Origin: Diadema antillarum
Taxonomy: Eukaryota
DNA: 64,000 nt
NCBI RefSeq assembly: GCF_040938485.1
Contig: NW_027270935.1
Span: forward strand, 992,001 to 1,056,000
Direction of reading: 5' to 3'
The first letter of the stretch is position 1. Every line of letters begins with the position of its first letter. The position numbers and the translations under genes were made by a program. The notes beneath the pieces are model-generated. The model did no database searches. It was given only the letters and a program-made list of their open reading frames with translations, and was not told the DNA's origin. This document shows positions 1 through 12,036 of the stretch, piece by piece.

Positions 1-642
1 AAGACATGTCATTGGCATCAACACCGCATTAAAAACTGTACTTAAAAATGTGAACAAAGCAGATATTTGTCAATCAATTGCTGCAATTAAGACACACCAT
101 GTTATATCACAGGATATGATAACAAAAACAAATGCGATCTCAGGGATCTCCTTCACCAGATAGATCTACTAATCGTATACCAGTACTAGTACTGTGTTGG
201 GCAGAGTGCCCTCATCTGGCAACTGAGTGAGTGGTCTAGAATCTACTATATGACACATAACCCCAGGGCGCTCCTTGTGCTCAGTTATCGAACGCTTTGC
301 GTTCGAAGGGCTGGTCATAGTTACATGACACACTAAAACCCCGGGGCGCTCCTTGTACACAGTTATACTGTGGGAGTGTAACGCTAGTCGCAGGTGATGA
401 CATACAGACTGCTTCCACACCAGGACAAGCAGGAAGAATGTTTATCTATTTAAATTGTGAACTATCTTTTCCCCTTAAAAAAAAAAAAAAAAAAAAAAAT
501 TACTGCTTGAAATTTAAAGTGAATTTAGATAAGTTAGTGTGTCGTTATATTGACAGTCTACCAAAGCACAAAGGCTTAAACATGTCACGTTAAACCTTTG
601 TTGACAAATGACAGATAAATTTATGCATCTTTTTTTTTTTAA

Positions 643-1053
643 AGGTGCATAGTCCCGGTAGTGTAGAGGGCGCTGTTGATGATACTGCCGATCACCGTTA
701 GCATTGATACGAAGATTACCGAAGTTGAGCTGTAATCAACTAGAGTACAGTGCATAGGTGTTGCTAAGTAACGTTGCCTTCGTTGTCTTCTCTGCGCATC
801 GCGCAGTCTGTGATGTGCTTGTTATTATGACATCACAAAAGAAGTTTGCTAAAGCTGTCATCCCCTTTAGCCGAATCATGAGCCGAACTATTATCGGATC
901 ACTGACTACAGTGAATCGGACTTCTTCGGACTCGGGGAAGTGGGCCACATAGTGTATAAGCGCTAAAGAGGAGTCGATAGCGTAGGTCTCTATAGGAAAC
1001 TTGCGCCATGCGCCCGCGTACGCATTTGACTAAAACACTGGGACTATGCACCT
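643..1053. mobile_element. Non-autonomous TIR element, Kolobok-like, in INTS7 intron 1
   Basis: Perfect 14-bp TIRs AGGTGCATAGTCCC (643-656) and GGGACTATGCACCT (1040-1053), with TTAA on both flanks (639-642, 1054-1057). TTAA target plus purine-purine termini is the Kolobok pattern. Confidence 0.7.
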
Positions 1054-1377
1054 TTAAAGCAACAAACCATCACTGCACTGCCAGTGGCATGGCACCACCC
1101 GCACCCGTAAGATCTCTGACTCTGTCAACATAACAATATTAACATTTGTATTAATGAAATGGACTGGAAAATAAGGTTAAAATACATTCTGCTCAGCAGA
1201 CTCAAGAGTTCACAACACTGGTCCAGTGCCAGTGGTGGTGAAACTGTAAAATAGATTTTGTCTAAAAGTGTAATTTTATGTTAGACCTAACGTTAGCTCT
1301 ATTTAAATTAAATTTAAATTTAAAGCTTTAAACTTTACTCAAATGTTATTGTTAGGAGTCAACAAGCGAAGGCTCAC

Positions 1378-1477
1378 CCTTGTCAAGTTCCAAAAGCGCC
1401 GAGTTTGCGTCATGTTCCTGTTCACCGTAGCCTACATCAGAACCAAAGCTTGTAATTCGTGATGTTGTGCTTGCCAT
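1378..1477 (-). CDS. INTS7: Integrator complex subunit 7, first coding exon; the rest of the gene lies left of the window
   Basis: Translates MASTTSRITSFGSDVGYGEQEHDANSALLELDKG and ends at a phase-1 donor G|gtgagc. It matches the INTS7 N-terminus as I recall it (human ...DAGYGEQELDANSALMELDKG). This exon is not in the supplied ORF track. Confidence 0.92.
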
Positions 1478-1968
1478 GTCTGTTTTCTGTTGATAGAGCC
1501 AAATAAATTCGGCTTGAAATTACAAATCAACTTTAGATTACATCAAGTCAGAGGTTGGTTTTTCCGTGTACGTGTGTGTGTGTGCTTTCCACACGTTGCG
1601 ATTACAGGTTGTACTTCCTGTATGTCAATAATAGAATTTTGTCAGACGTTCTATTGACGAGCCATAATATCAAGTGTAGCGTTCTCGGGGCAGAGCCAAT
1701 GTACATGAGAAATAATTATAGAAAACGTCTGGTAAAACGACTAAATCATCGAGCCCGCGCCAAACAAGGGACGCGTCTTCTTTAAAACCCCGTTCGTGCC
1801 CGTGCAAAAGCGTGCTTGAGTACTTCACTGCCCCGACGCCGCCCCACCGGATCGTTGATGTGTCCCGCTTGAAAGACTAACGCGTGGCATGGTGTGCCAA
1901 CTCGATAAAAAAGTGCTTGATTATATCTTGACTTCATGGGACTAAATCTTCTGAAGCCACAGTTCGCA
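1478..1968. promoter_or_regulatory. Bidirectional INTS7/DTL promoter with E2F and CCAAT motifs
   Basis: About 490 bp of CpG-rich sequence between divergent ATGs. Canonical E2F site TTTGGCGC on the minus strand at 1757-1764 and a CCAAT box at 1696-1700. DTL is a known E2F/cell-cycle target. Confidence 0.6.
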
Positions 1969-3357
1969 ATGTTTCCTTCAGTCTTCCTGCCAGGAGTCAC
2001 ACATGGAAGTCCAGTAACGTCCTCCTACACCTGGCGATGGAAAAGCCAGCAGTCAAGAAGAATCCGTGAGTCGAACATGCTATTGCCATTGCCAATTGCT
2101 AGCTCTAACGTAACACTGTCAATTTACTCCAGATAGAGTGCACAAAAGACTTGTCTTATTCTCTTAATTATATTTTACTAGTAAATCATCTGTGAAAGTA
2201 TACATCTTTACTGGCGTTTAGCCAGTGATTCAGTTATTATTCTCAGCATTGTTTAGTGCTGGCAGGTCTAACGGTTATTAGTAATATAATAGTGAAAAAT
2301 TGAGCAAAGAAAATGGGATTCCATCGGGATTCGAACCCGAGAGTGGGGCCGAGACCTCCAACTCCGGATTGCTAGCCCGTTGCTCTACCGACTGAGCTAT
2401 AGAAATTGCCCTAGTTCAGTGTTCGTCCCAGAAACCCTAAATTCTCAATGCTCGAATGGTCAGAAGCTATAGCAGTGTGTTTGTATGCGACACACACGTA
2501 CACACTTGAACCTGGCATAAACCCGAAGGATAATTCAACAACTTGGGGATAAATGCGATTGAGGCAGAGGGATCACCGAAGTGATGCATATGCGCATATG
2601 CAGCTTTTTGAGTATGTAACAAACGAAAACAGGAAAAACTGACCAGAAATTAGTAATATCAGTAGAGTATGGGCTGGGACTAGCGTAGGGATTTTGGTGC
2701 AGAATGTAATTTCATAAAAAATGTTGATTCCAGGCAGATTTCATGAGACTATTTAAATTAACGTGAACCTGCTCCCCAAAAAGCCTGTGATAACATATGT
2801 GTAAGTAATGCTGTAATTTGAAAAAGAAAAAGAAGATATCATGTACCACAAGAATTTCTATAGATCTACTAAATGCCATGTTTTATTGTTTATGGCCAAC
2901 TTTGCGGTTCTCATGAGGTCAATCAATTGTGGTAGTTTCTACTATAACATATAACGTTAAACATTTAACAGTGTACACTTCCGTTCCATTATGTTTCTTT
3001 TAGTTTCATTTTTTTTCCCATCTTGCTGCTTACTGTAAAACATGATATATTCACAGCATGAATTTTTCGCGAATTGGAGCCAACGGCCTTTTTTGCGGCA
3101 TGAAATTTTCGCGAACTGCCACTGGTATTCAGTGCATATAGTGTACAAAAGAACTTTCGCGTGCATTTTAATTTCGCGAATCTTCACACGCGAAATTCGC
3201 GAAATTAAAAAGCACGCGAACATTTCTCGTTTTACAGTATTTATGTGCTGCTGCTTCAATGTGATATAAATTAAGTCCTTGAAATGAATTTGAACTATCT
3301 TTGAAGAGAGAATGAATTTGCCAAAATTTTGGTCACTTCCTTTTTTCCCTCCCCTCC

Positions 3358-3389
<32 letters not shown>

Positions 3390-6300
3390 TTGTGGTCAAA
3401 CTGAACAGGGTCATCTCTTGAAAATTGCCTTGGAAGGCTGGAATGTCGAAAAGAGAATGAGTACCTATTCTCAAGCCCGGAGTTTGTGGAAGGAATACCG
3501 CCATTTGCCTGTGAGTTTGCTGTACAGACTGGGATTGACCACCTCTTGGCAGCAGCAGATGAGGATGGACATGTGGTCATTTATGATACATATCGCACTG
3601 GACAAGAGGCACAAGTAAAAAGTAAGGTTACCAGGCAGTATTGCTGTTGTTGCTCATCCACAGGCAGCCTAGTTCTTTATAATGAACTTTTAAAGATTGT
3701 CAAATGAATCTGATAGAAGTTTTTGTTTTTGTTTTGTTTGTTATTTTAATTGTTTTATAAATTGACAAATGATTTGCAGTGTTCGAATTTGGAAATAAGA
3801 TAAAAAATATGAATTTCAAGAAAAAAAAAGTTTTCAAGGCTGTCAAATTTGTATGTATTTCATCATGAAATTGGCAGTGCTTTCTTCAACAATCATGTGG
3901 AATTGTGTACAAATAGTATAAAGGAAGTACAACCTGCACATTGCTTTGTAAAGATTTTGATTTTGATTGAAATTGAATGGCGTACACATAAAGTTTTGGC
4001 AAATAGGTAATTTGCATACTTTTAGAGTAGATGACTTAAAATCTTGAATCTTGAGTCATAGTTTCATGTACACTTTAAAAAGCATATAAGTATATTCATT
4101 GCTCGTAGAGTACAGTTTGTACAAGGACACAAAATGTAACATTTGTTTGCAGTTTTCTGTGTGTAGATGTTGATTGAACAAAGAACATTCAAGTTACATA
4201 CTCTATGTCTGTTCATTTCTTCTTCTTTTTTTTCATATGATGTTAGTTTGGTCAGCCCACAACAATGCCATCTTTGACACCGCATGGTCACCCACTGACC
4301 CCCGTCTGGTGACTGCGTCAGGTGACCAGACGGCTGCCCTATGGGATGTGAAGACATCCACCAAAGTAGCCTCGTTCCAGCAACACAAGTGCAGCCTCAA
4401 GTCGGTTAGCTTCCGTCCCTGGGATGGCCACATATTTGCGACAGGCGCACGCGATGGCAACATCATGATCTGGGATGACAGACGCAACAAAGGAGGTACA
4501 TGCTGTACACACTATGCATTTCATGATTGATTAAATTTGTAAACAACCATTTTTACAGAATGAGAAAACACCACATAATATGTCATGTTCAAAGAATCAC
4601 CTTTTAGTTGGGACGATAATATGTACAGGCAAATTTTTTTTTTCGTTTATATGTTGACATTGTTATCCATGTGTTCCTAATGAGAAGATTAGTTTAAAGT
4701 GATCTCAATTTCCATTTTTGTGAAAAAATAATTATGGTGCCATTTCTAGCATGGAAGACAAAAAAGAACATACATATTGTAGCTACCACCCCTGCTGTAG
4801 GAGGCTTCTCATCTGATCAAACCTTAAGGCATAATTTACCATAGCAGAAGAAACAAAAACCCAGCATCAGTACTTTAAAATAGTTCTAAAATGCGAGTTA
4901 GGGATAGAAACAACCAAATTTGAATATGTATAATCGATGTTAAGTATTGTTAGATATACAATTTATGAACAATAGTTATAATAAAAATGTTTCCAGACTA
5001 AACTGTCTACAGTTGAGGTTTAATGAGAAAAATACTGCTATCTCCTTATGTTTTAGGCTTTATTTCAAAAACTTTATATGGTAGGATGTTTTGTGATATA
5101 ACAGACCTACACATATGTGATATCTTGAACATTTTTTAAATCACTGCCCCCAAAGGTAAACAGGACCTTTAAATGAGTTTGTTGTGTGCATATATCCACA
5201 TTGCTGTTCAGCATTATTGATGTCTTCTGCAGTGAATACTCAATTTGATGATATGAAATTGCACTCAGACTGCAGGTACCATTTATTTTTAAATACTATG
5301 ACTTTAGATTAACATGTCTACAAGACCAACAACATTGTGTGTTGGGATTGATATTGGGACATTGGGATGGTATACTTCAAATATCTGTGTAAGCATAGTT
5401 CTTCACACTTCATTGCTATTGTGTTTCTCTTGTTACAACCAGGTACCAATCAGCACAAACCAGTGTTGGTCATCAAAAGCGCTCATGCAGACGAGAACAA
5501 GGTGAAGTCGCAGCCTCGGCGACGTGGGAAGCTAGCACCAAACCTCCCTGCAATTGATTCCTCGCAGAGTGTTAGTGTCGTCCTGTTTCAAAAGGAGGAC
5601 ACCCTCCTATCAGCAGGTGCAGCTGATGGGTAAGGCAAATGAGATGTTTTCTTCCCCATTTCATACCCTGATACTGACTGTGTTCAGATTCTGTTTCTGG
5701 TTGATGCCCAATGAAGGTCTTTGCAATCTGTCAATTTCACAGCTAGAGTTTGATAATCAAGCAGTGAGCTGTGTAATGTCATGTGGCTGTTCCTCTGCAT
5801 ACAGTTTGTTTCTCATGTTTCAAGTGTTTGTATCCTCTATGAGCAACTCTCCTTTATCCGTTTATTTGAGAGTACTGCATTACCGATGGGTAAACTTTGA
5901 TTTAGTAGAGGAGGTTATCATATTCACAATGTCATGAACAGTTTCTCTCGCTTTTGATGCTCTCTCCACAATTTTTTATTGCATTAAGTTTGCTACAACT
6001 ATGCAGTATTTCAAGATATGTTTTTATACCCAATAAATCATCCCAATTAACGTGAATGGGGATGAAATGATCAATGCATAGGAATTTTGTAAATAAGATC
6101 TATGCTCAGTGTAGCCAAAAGCCTGCTCCTAGTCATAGCAATGCTCATAAAGCTTTTCTGATATTGATAGCACTCAACACTTAGAGAATTTAAAAAGAAA
6201 TATAAAAGGAAGCTGCTTTTTTTAGCAGAGGATTCATTTATGTTTTTCTCTCCTTTTTTTATTAATTTGTCTTTAATTACAAGCATTGTGAAAGTGTGGG

Positions 6301-9300
6301 ACCTGAGAAAGATGAAGTCATCTGGTACATCCAACCTGAGTCCATTGCATCAGTTCCCTTACAGTGGATCTAGGAAGAGAAAGAGGGGTAAGACTCACAT
6401 GTTATACTTCTAGTTTCCACCTGGGACGCAGTGGCAGGAAGATGCTAAGATGTTATCAGTGCAATTAATCCCATCATTATGCACTAGATGTGCAACTTTT
6501 CTACATTGTTTGAGTATTTTGTTCGTACAGTTGTGCTTATCTGGGATTCCACCTTATGTCATACATACATCAGTGTTTTTATGCATATTTCTAACTGTAT
6601 CTGTTTCGTAGATTCCTTTTAGCTCATATGAGCTGAATGGCTCAAGTGAGCTATTGTGATCGCTGTCCATCTGGTGTCCAATGTGTGCTGCCTGTAAACT
6701 TTTTCTTATTTTCAACTCTTAGAGAACTTAGATTAGCCAATTTTCATATTTTGTTTTAATTTTTTTCTTCCTTAAAACTGGTGCCTGGATTTTGACCAAA
6801 CTTTGCAGGACATGGCAGGAGGGGGCTATAGTTTGTACAAATGGTGATGTCCCAAGGGGGGGGGGGGGGGGGGGGGGGGGGGGCTCTGGGGCTCTGGGGC
6901 TGGGCCCAAGTACCCAAAATTAGGTGGATGTTGCCCAGGGGGCCTGCAGCAATCCCCAAGTCTCAAGATTGATTTATGTAAAAGCTTGCGTCTGGTAGAG
7001 TGCTATGAAGGTGAAGGACAATGTTCATGTGAGCATTAAACCCACTGGTTTTGTGTGTTTTCAGAGAAAAAGCTCTATCAAATGTCATGTTTCTATCTTT
7101 GTGGCCTCTGTTGATAGTGAAGTATTGGAGATTGTTGAATTATATTTTTGCAAATTTTATTCCCTTTTGTCAAGTTGCAGTGTGGGCAAGTATGGAGATG
7201 ATGATAACAATTAGAATGAAGGAATTTGTCCATTAAATTTATACTCAATCTAAAATGTTGCTCCTAGTCTAGTGTATGTTACATGTTTTTTTTTTTAACT
7301 TAACACATACTTGCCAACTAATAAGATTTTATCAGATTCAGTAAGATTTTTTACATTAAAAATAGCAAAATAAGATTTTCTGTCAGAGAAATAAGATTTT
7401 AAAAAAATATTTAGATATACTTTTCATGTGTATTTTCTGAAGATTTGACTGAAAGTAAGGTTTTTAACTTCAGTTTGCATATAAAATAAGATTTTTGCAA
7501 TCCATGAGTAAGATATTTCATCTTGAAATGTTGGCAGGTATGTTAACAGCCATCCATCCTTTTTTCCATTGATTCTTGATTTCACTGTTTAATTTGTACT
7601 TGTTCACAGGCTTTTCATCCTTGGCCCTCAGTTCATCACGAACTCGACTGTTTGCAAGCTGCACAGATAGTGTTATCTATGAATATGATCTTGGAGGAGC
7701 GCTATGCTCCATCCCATTGAGCCAGTACAGCGGTCACATGAACTCCACCTTCTTTGTACGAGCAGCTCTCTCGCCGAATGACCTCTTCCTTTTGTCTGGG
7801 TCCAGTGACAACCATGCCTATATTTGGAAGGTATGCTCTATGGTTTGCGGACATTCTGAGGGAGTAGTTAATGCATGCTAGCCAGTCATCAGGCAAGCTT
7901 CAGCTTGACAAAATATGTACTGTGGATTCCAGAGAGTAGATCTGTCCATGAATTGAACTACTTTCTTTTTAGTCAACCCTGTCAGATTAGGAGCTTGTGT
8001 TTCATCCTAATTTGTTTTTATGTTGATGTCAATGGATATCACATTAAATATATCACACTTGACAGCAAAGCTAAGGACTAATGGGAGAAAAGTAAATCAG
8101 TGTTCACATTCCTTGATTACATACAGAAATCGTTTGTTTTTGCCACCTGGTAGTCTGTTGGGTGTTTATATTTGAATGCTCAATTTCATTAGTGTTTAAT
8201 TTGGTTGCATGTTTGTTTTACGGTTTGCTGCAAAGTAGCCCTCTCATATACCGGTATACAAATGACGCACAGGTCTGAGTGCGTCAGTCGGAATTGTGTG
8301 CATAAGGTAACTATGGAATGCTTAACCCACGAGGCGAAGCCGAGTGGGTTTAGGCTAAATTCCATAGTTACCGCATGCACACTATATTCCGACTGACGCA
8401 CGAAAAGACATGTGCGTCATTTGATTTATAGAATGGGTAATTTTCTTGTCAAAAACCCAGTTTTCTATCGTGTTACCCGATGACAAAATTACTGGATGCA
8501 TTTCCTTTTGGCTTTCCGTAAAGGGCATGCATACCCGTACTTACGGTTTTTACTGGATGCATGGCCAGCCATGCATAAGTTTTTACTGGATGCATGGCCA
8601 AGCCGAGTGCGCGAACGCTTGCTTTAGTGCGCGAACCTTTGTTACAAGTACGCGTACTCTTGCTAAGTGCGCGATAACATATTTACCACTGTGACTCAGC
8701 GTGCGGCCAGTAAAAATGAACACACAGCTCTCGACCAATCAGATCGCAGCATTCTCGCTACCCATTCTATAATATTTGTTTGCTTCTGTGTAGATCGGAG
8801 AGCCAGAATGTCCGCCATTGACCCTGGTGGGTCATGAGGCTGAGGTCACAGCAGTGGCTTGGTGTCAGAGAGACTTCACGAAGGTGAGCATCTGTTTAAG
8901 GGTATGATTACGCAGATCACCCTTTCTATGGCCTAACAAACTGATCTCCAGTAATTGCACAAAATTTTGCATCAAAATAAAAAGATTGTAAATTTGTTGG
9001 ATTTCATAATTTAAGTTGTGCTTTTTCTTCTTCAAGGCAGGTAGAGGTTATGATAAGTGTGGGGTTTTATTGTATTGTGTTTTGTTTTTGTTTTTGTTTT
9101 TTGGATTGAATTGATATGAAAGACACATTTTTGAATTAGTCTTAAATTGGCAACAAATCACCCCCATATTGGTTCCTGTAGTGAAGTATCTTTGTTATGA
9201 AATTAACGTGAAAGGGACCATGTTTACCATCTAGTCCCAACTTTCTAGCTCTGATATTGAATCTTGCCCCTCAAAATTGATAACCAATGTGAATGATAGA

Positions 9301-11044
9301 GAATTTGAATGAAGAAAGGGTGTGATTGTCATTGAAAGTTTACCTCCGTGGTACAAGCATTTTCATGTTGTGCCTTCAAAGGTCTACTGTGGAACTTTCA
9401 CGCCAGAAACTTTTCACACTTGGCCACTTTCAGTGAATTCCACCTGTTTATGATTTTGTGGAGAAATATAAGTAGAGAAATATTCTCATGTTCTTATTTA
9501 CTGGCCAGTTGAGTAGAGTGTGAAAAAAAAATCTCTACCCTTCAAAGTATTTCATGTTTGCAGTAATTGAATTGATAACCCCCAATTTCCAACACATGCA
9601 GGTCGTGACTTGTTCGGATGATAACACCCTTCGCATGTGGAAGCTGAGAGGCCGGGAATCACCCATTGATGACCAGCTGAATGAGATTATAGGGAGAGCA
9701 AGGAGATGTGAGAGGGAGCCAGACATTGCAGGCCAGGGTAAGCTAATTCTTTCATCTCAGAATCATTGATAACTGGAGTTTCTATACTCTTTCTGTACTT
9801 TGTCCAGAATACATTCTAAAAATTCAAGGTTTTTTGATATATATTATATTATAAAAGTTAAAATAAGTAAAATGAACTTGATTTCATGACAAAGAAAATA
9901 CACAGATATTTCCAATGATAGCTCTCTTGTGTGATGTTATTCCCACGTAACTTTATTACATCTCCACAAGCGGAGTGTACATATTTAACCCGTTGAGGAC
10001 GAGTCCCGAGTACTGGTATACTTGGGGAAGCGTCTATGGGAAATGTGTGTCGTAACAAAATCAGAGCTTCCTCAATGGGTAAAGATGAATTATATTCTCT
10101 TTTTCTCATATCTCCAACACCATCCAGATGCAGTTGTGAAGAGTCAACCAGGCCAAACAGCTCAGAGTGATTTGAGCAGCAAGAACAGGTCCACCCCAAC
10201 CAAGGAAATACCACAATCTCCCATCCAGAGCCCATTGCCATGTAGCACCAAGAAGAGGAAATTTAGCCTTAGAGATTGGGCCACCACATCACCAGGACCA
10301 TCTCGGCCAACCTCGTCCCAGTCGTCCAAATCTTCTCCAAAGAGGCAGAAACAAGAGAATGCAGAAGACAACACTGCGGTGGTCCCCATAGCAACGGGAC
10401 AGGGCCATGTAAAGGAACTGGCCACAAACAAAAGGAAAGTCAGTGAATATATGAAGGGGGATTCCACAGACAATGCATCACTCTCCTCCAAGAAACTTAA
10501 AGTTGTCAATGGTGGATGCACACCTAAATCAAAGACAACACCAGTTCAGATAAAATTGAGTGACAAGTTGGTGCACCAGATTTCAGAGGTTACACAAAAT
10601 AGAGGTAAATCCAATCCCAAATCTAGCAGTGTACTCTCCATGTCAAGTCCAAAAGTGAGTAAGAGTGACAATCACAGAAGAGAGGTAGATCAGGAAAATG
10701 TTAATCACAGAAAGCCCAGAAAGGAATCAGGCAGGGAAAAGGTGACAACCCCTAACCTCCCTCATCAACGATCTCCCCTGAAGGATGACATTCCAATGAA
10801 TGAAGCAACGTCACATGCGCTGAACTCTGTCAAGAAGAACATTGCCTCTGCGTTTTCCGATTCTCCTAAGTCGGTTCTTCAGTGTGAGAAGAGGAAAGGT
10901 GATGGAGAGAAGTGTCGGACCCTTAAGGACAGCTTTGGGGAAAAGAAAGTTGGCAGACTCTTGCAAACAAAGAGAAGGAACAGCAGTGGGACCATTGATT
11001 CATATTTTCAGCCACTCCCAAAGAGGCACAAATCAGAGACATAA
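1969..11044 (+). CDS. DTL: Denticleless/CDT2, WD40 substrate receptor of the CRL4 ligase, 9 exons
   Basis: Phase-consistent GT-AG exons: 1969-2065, 3409-3621, 4247-4495, 5443-5629, 6284-6387, 7610-7830, 8794-8883, 9602-9737, 10128-11044. Motifs: PPFACEF, AHNNAIFDTAW, TASGDQTA, HKCSLKSV, ATGARDGNIMIWD, STFFVRAALSP, SGSSDNHAYIW, GHEAEVTAVAW, TCSDDNTLRMW, then a low-complexity tail ending in PIP-like TIDSYF. An in-frame upstream ATG at 1936 is an alternative start. Confidence 0.95.
2314..2406 (-). pseudogene. tRNA-Ala(AGC)-like sequence or SINE head with an extended variable region
   Basis: Minus strand shows a D arm GCTC-AGTCGGTA-GAGC, anticodon loop CTAGCAA, T arm TCGGG-TTCGAAT-CCCGA and a following T run. 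The acceptor stem is imperfect and there is a ~24-nt variable insert. Confidence 0.6.
3031..3239. mobile_element. MITE with TACTGTAAA...TTTACAGTA ends and internal TTCGCGAA repeats
   Basis: Short inverted termini with TA ends and several TTCGCGAA palindromes inside. Confidence 0.5.
6617..6995. mobile_element. Short HINE-like (non-autonomous Helentron) copy in DTL intron 5
   Basis: Starts TTTTAGCTCATATGAGCTGAATGGCTCAAGTGAGCTA, the same terminal hairpin family as the element at 26781-28205, in the opposite orientation. Confidence 0.55.
7306..7542. mobile_element. MITE with 13-bp TIR and 6-bp TSD
   Basis: TIRs CATACTTGCCAAC and GTTGGCAGGTATG (one mismatch), TSD TTAACA on both sides (7300-7305, 7543-7548), and an internal array of TAAGATTT motifs. 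Confidence 0.75.
8259..8423. repeat. Long imperfect palindrome (foldback) in DTL intron 6
   Basis: Nested inverted arms CAAATGACGCAC, GTGCGTCAGTCGGAAT, GTAACTATGGAAT and AACCCAC around a GAGGCGAAGCCGAG centre (8331-8344). Confidence 0.8.
8426..8772. mobile_element. TIR element abutting the palindrome
   Basis: 14-bp inverted repeats TTATAGAATGGGTA (8426-8439) and TACCCATTCTATAA (8759-8772). Confidence 0.6.
9989..10079. mobile_element. 91-bp piggyBac-like MITE
   Basis: TTAA|CCCGTTGAGGA at the left and TCCTCAATGGG|TAAA at the right; the right TTAA is decayed. Confidence 0.55.
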
Positions 11045-11901
11045 TAAGTTCCCCTTTTCCTCTTCATCTCATTTTATGTTTTGTTTTTCTCTCTTTGTTT
11101 TTTTCCAAGTCATCTGGCAGATGTTCTTTGTTTTGTTTTTTCCCACACCAAGTTAAAGTTAGCTTCAATGGATTGAGTAAAAAAATCAAATGAGAATGGT
11201 AGAGGTTTCTTCAGAATGGGACATAGAATAAGAAAGATACACTTGAGGGTCATAGCATGTTAAAATGTTAAAATCAATGTTGGTCAAGGATTTGCACTGT
11301 TACTCTGCATAATGAAGTAGTCGTTTTAACACCAAACAATACTAAATATTGTGAGAGCACTACCAGTCTTTGCTGCAGGCATAGGAGCACACACAAGCTT
11401 GTCAGTTGTAATGTAGAGCATACAGTGGCTGTAATGCAAACAAAGGATGTCAATGGTGTCGTGTTACTGTGACCTCTCTAAGAGATCAGTAGAACTTTTC
11501 TCGAGTCAGTGGAGCTTTTCCTGCCTCAGTAATCAAACAATCAGAGGCCATTATTCTGACAGTAAGGTTTGTAGGAAATAATGGTCATTATGCAAAGAAC
11601 ATCGCAGTAGAGGTTACATTGATGTGCTGTGCAGTGAGAAAGCAGTTTTCACTGCATACGTATTCAGCAATGTTTACATGAATATCTCAAGTCTCCGCTA
11701 GAAGTCAGTAGCAGTTAGTTGCTTTTACAAAGTAATACAAGCATACTGGAGGCAGAGTGATATATTTCAGAGATCTTCCAACCTTTCTTATCAATCTCTG
11801 CAGTGGTCTTTGTAACTGCCAAGTACTGACCATTCATAGATCAGGTATCTAGATCATTCTTCATGTCATTAAGTCCCTGGAGAGTCACAGCTGATAGATC
11901 A

Positions 11902-12036
11902 GGGCACCATTTCATGAAAGTTGTCAGCCCTGAAAAGTTGTCAAGTCTCTAACAACTTCAGTAAAATCCTTGGTTTTGATTGGCTGAGAAATTCTGATCA
12001 CTAACTGTTACTGTGATAATTATCTGAGATGGTGCC
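11902..12036. mobile_element. GG(C/A)CCATTTCA-family MITE, copy 1
   Basis: Ends GGCACCATTTCA and TGAGATGGTGCC, with an internal GATTGGCT core. Confidence 0.5.

Noticed and set aside
2957-3580. 207-aa minus-strand ORF
   Set aside because: It is antisense to DTL exon 2 and runs through a (CT)n/poly-C tract and a MITE, giving low-complexity, non-homologous translation.
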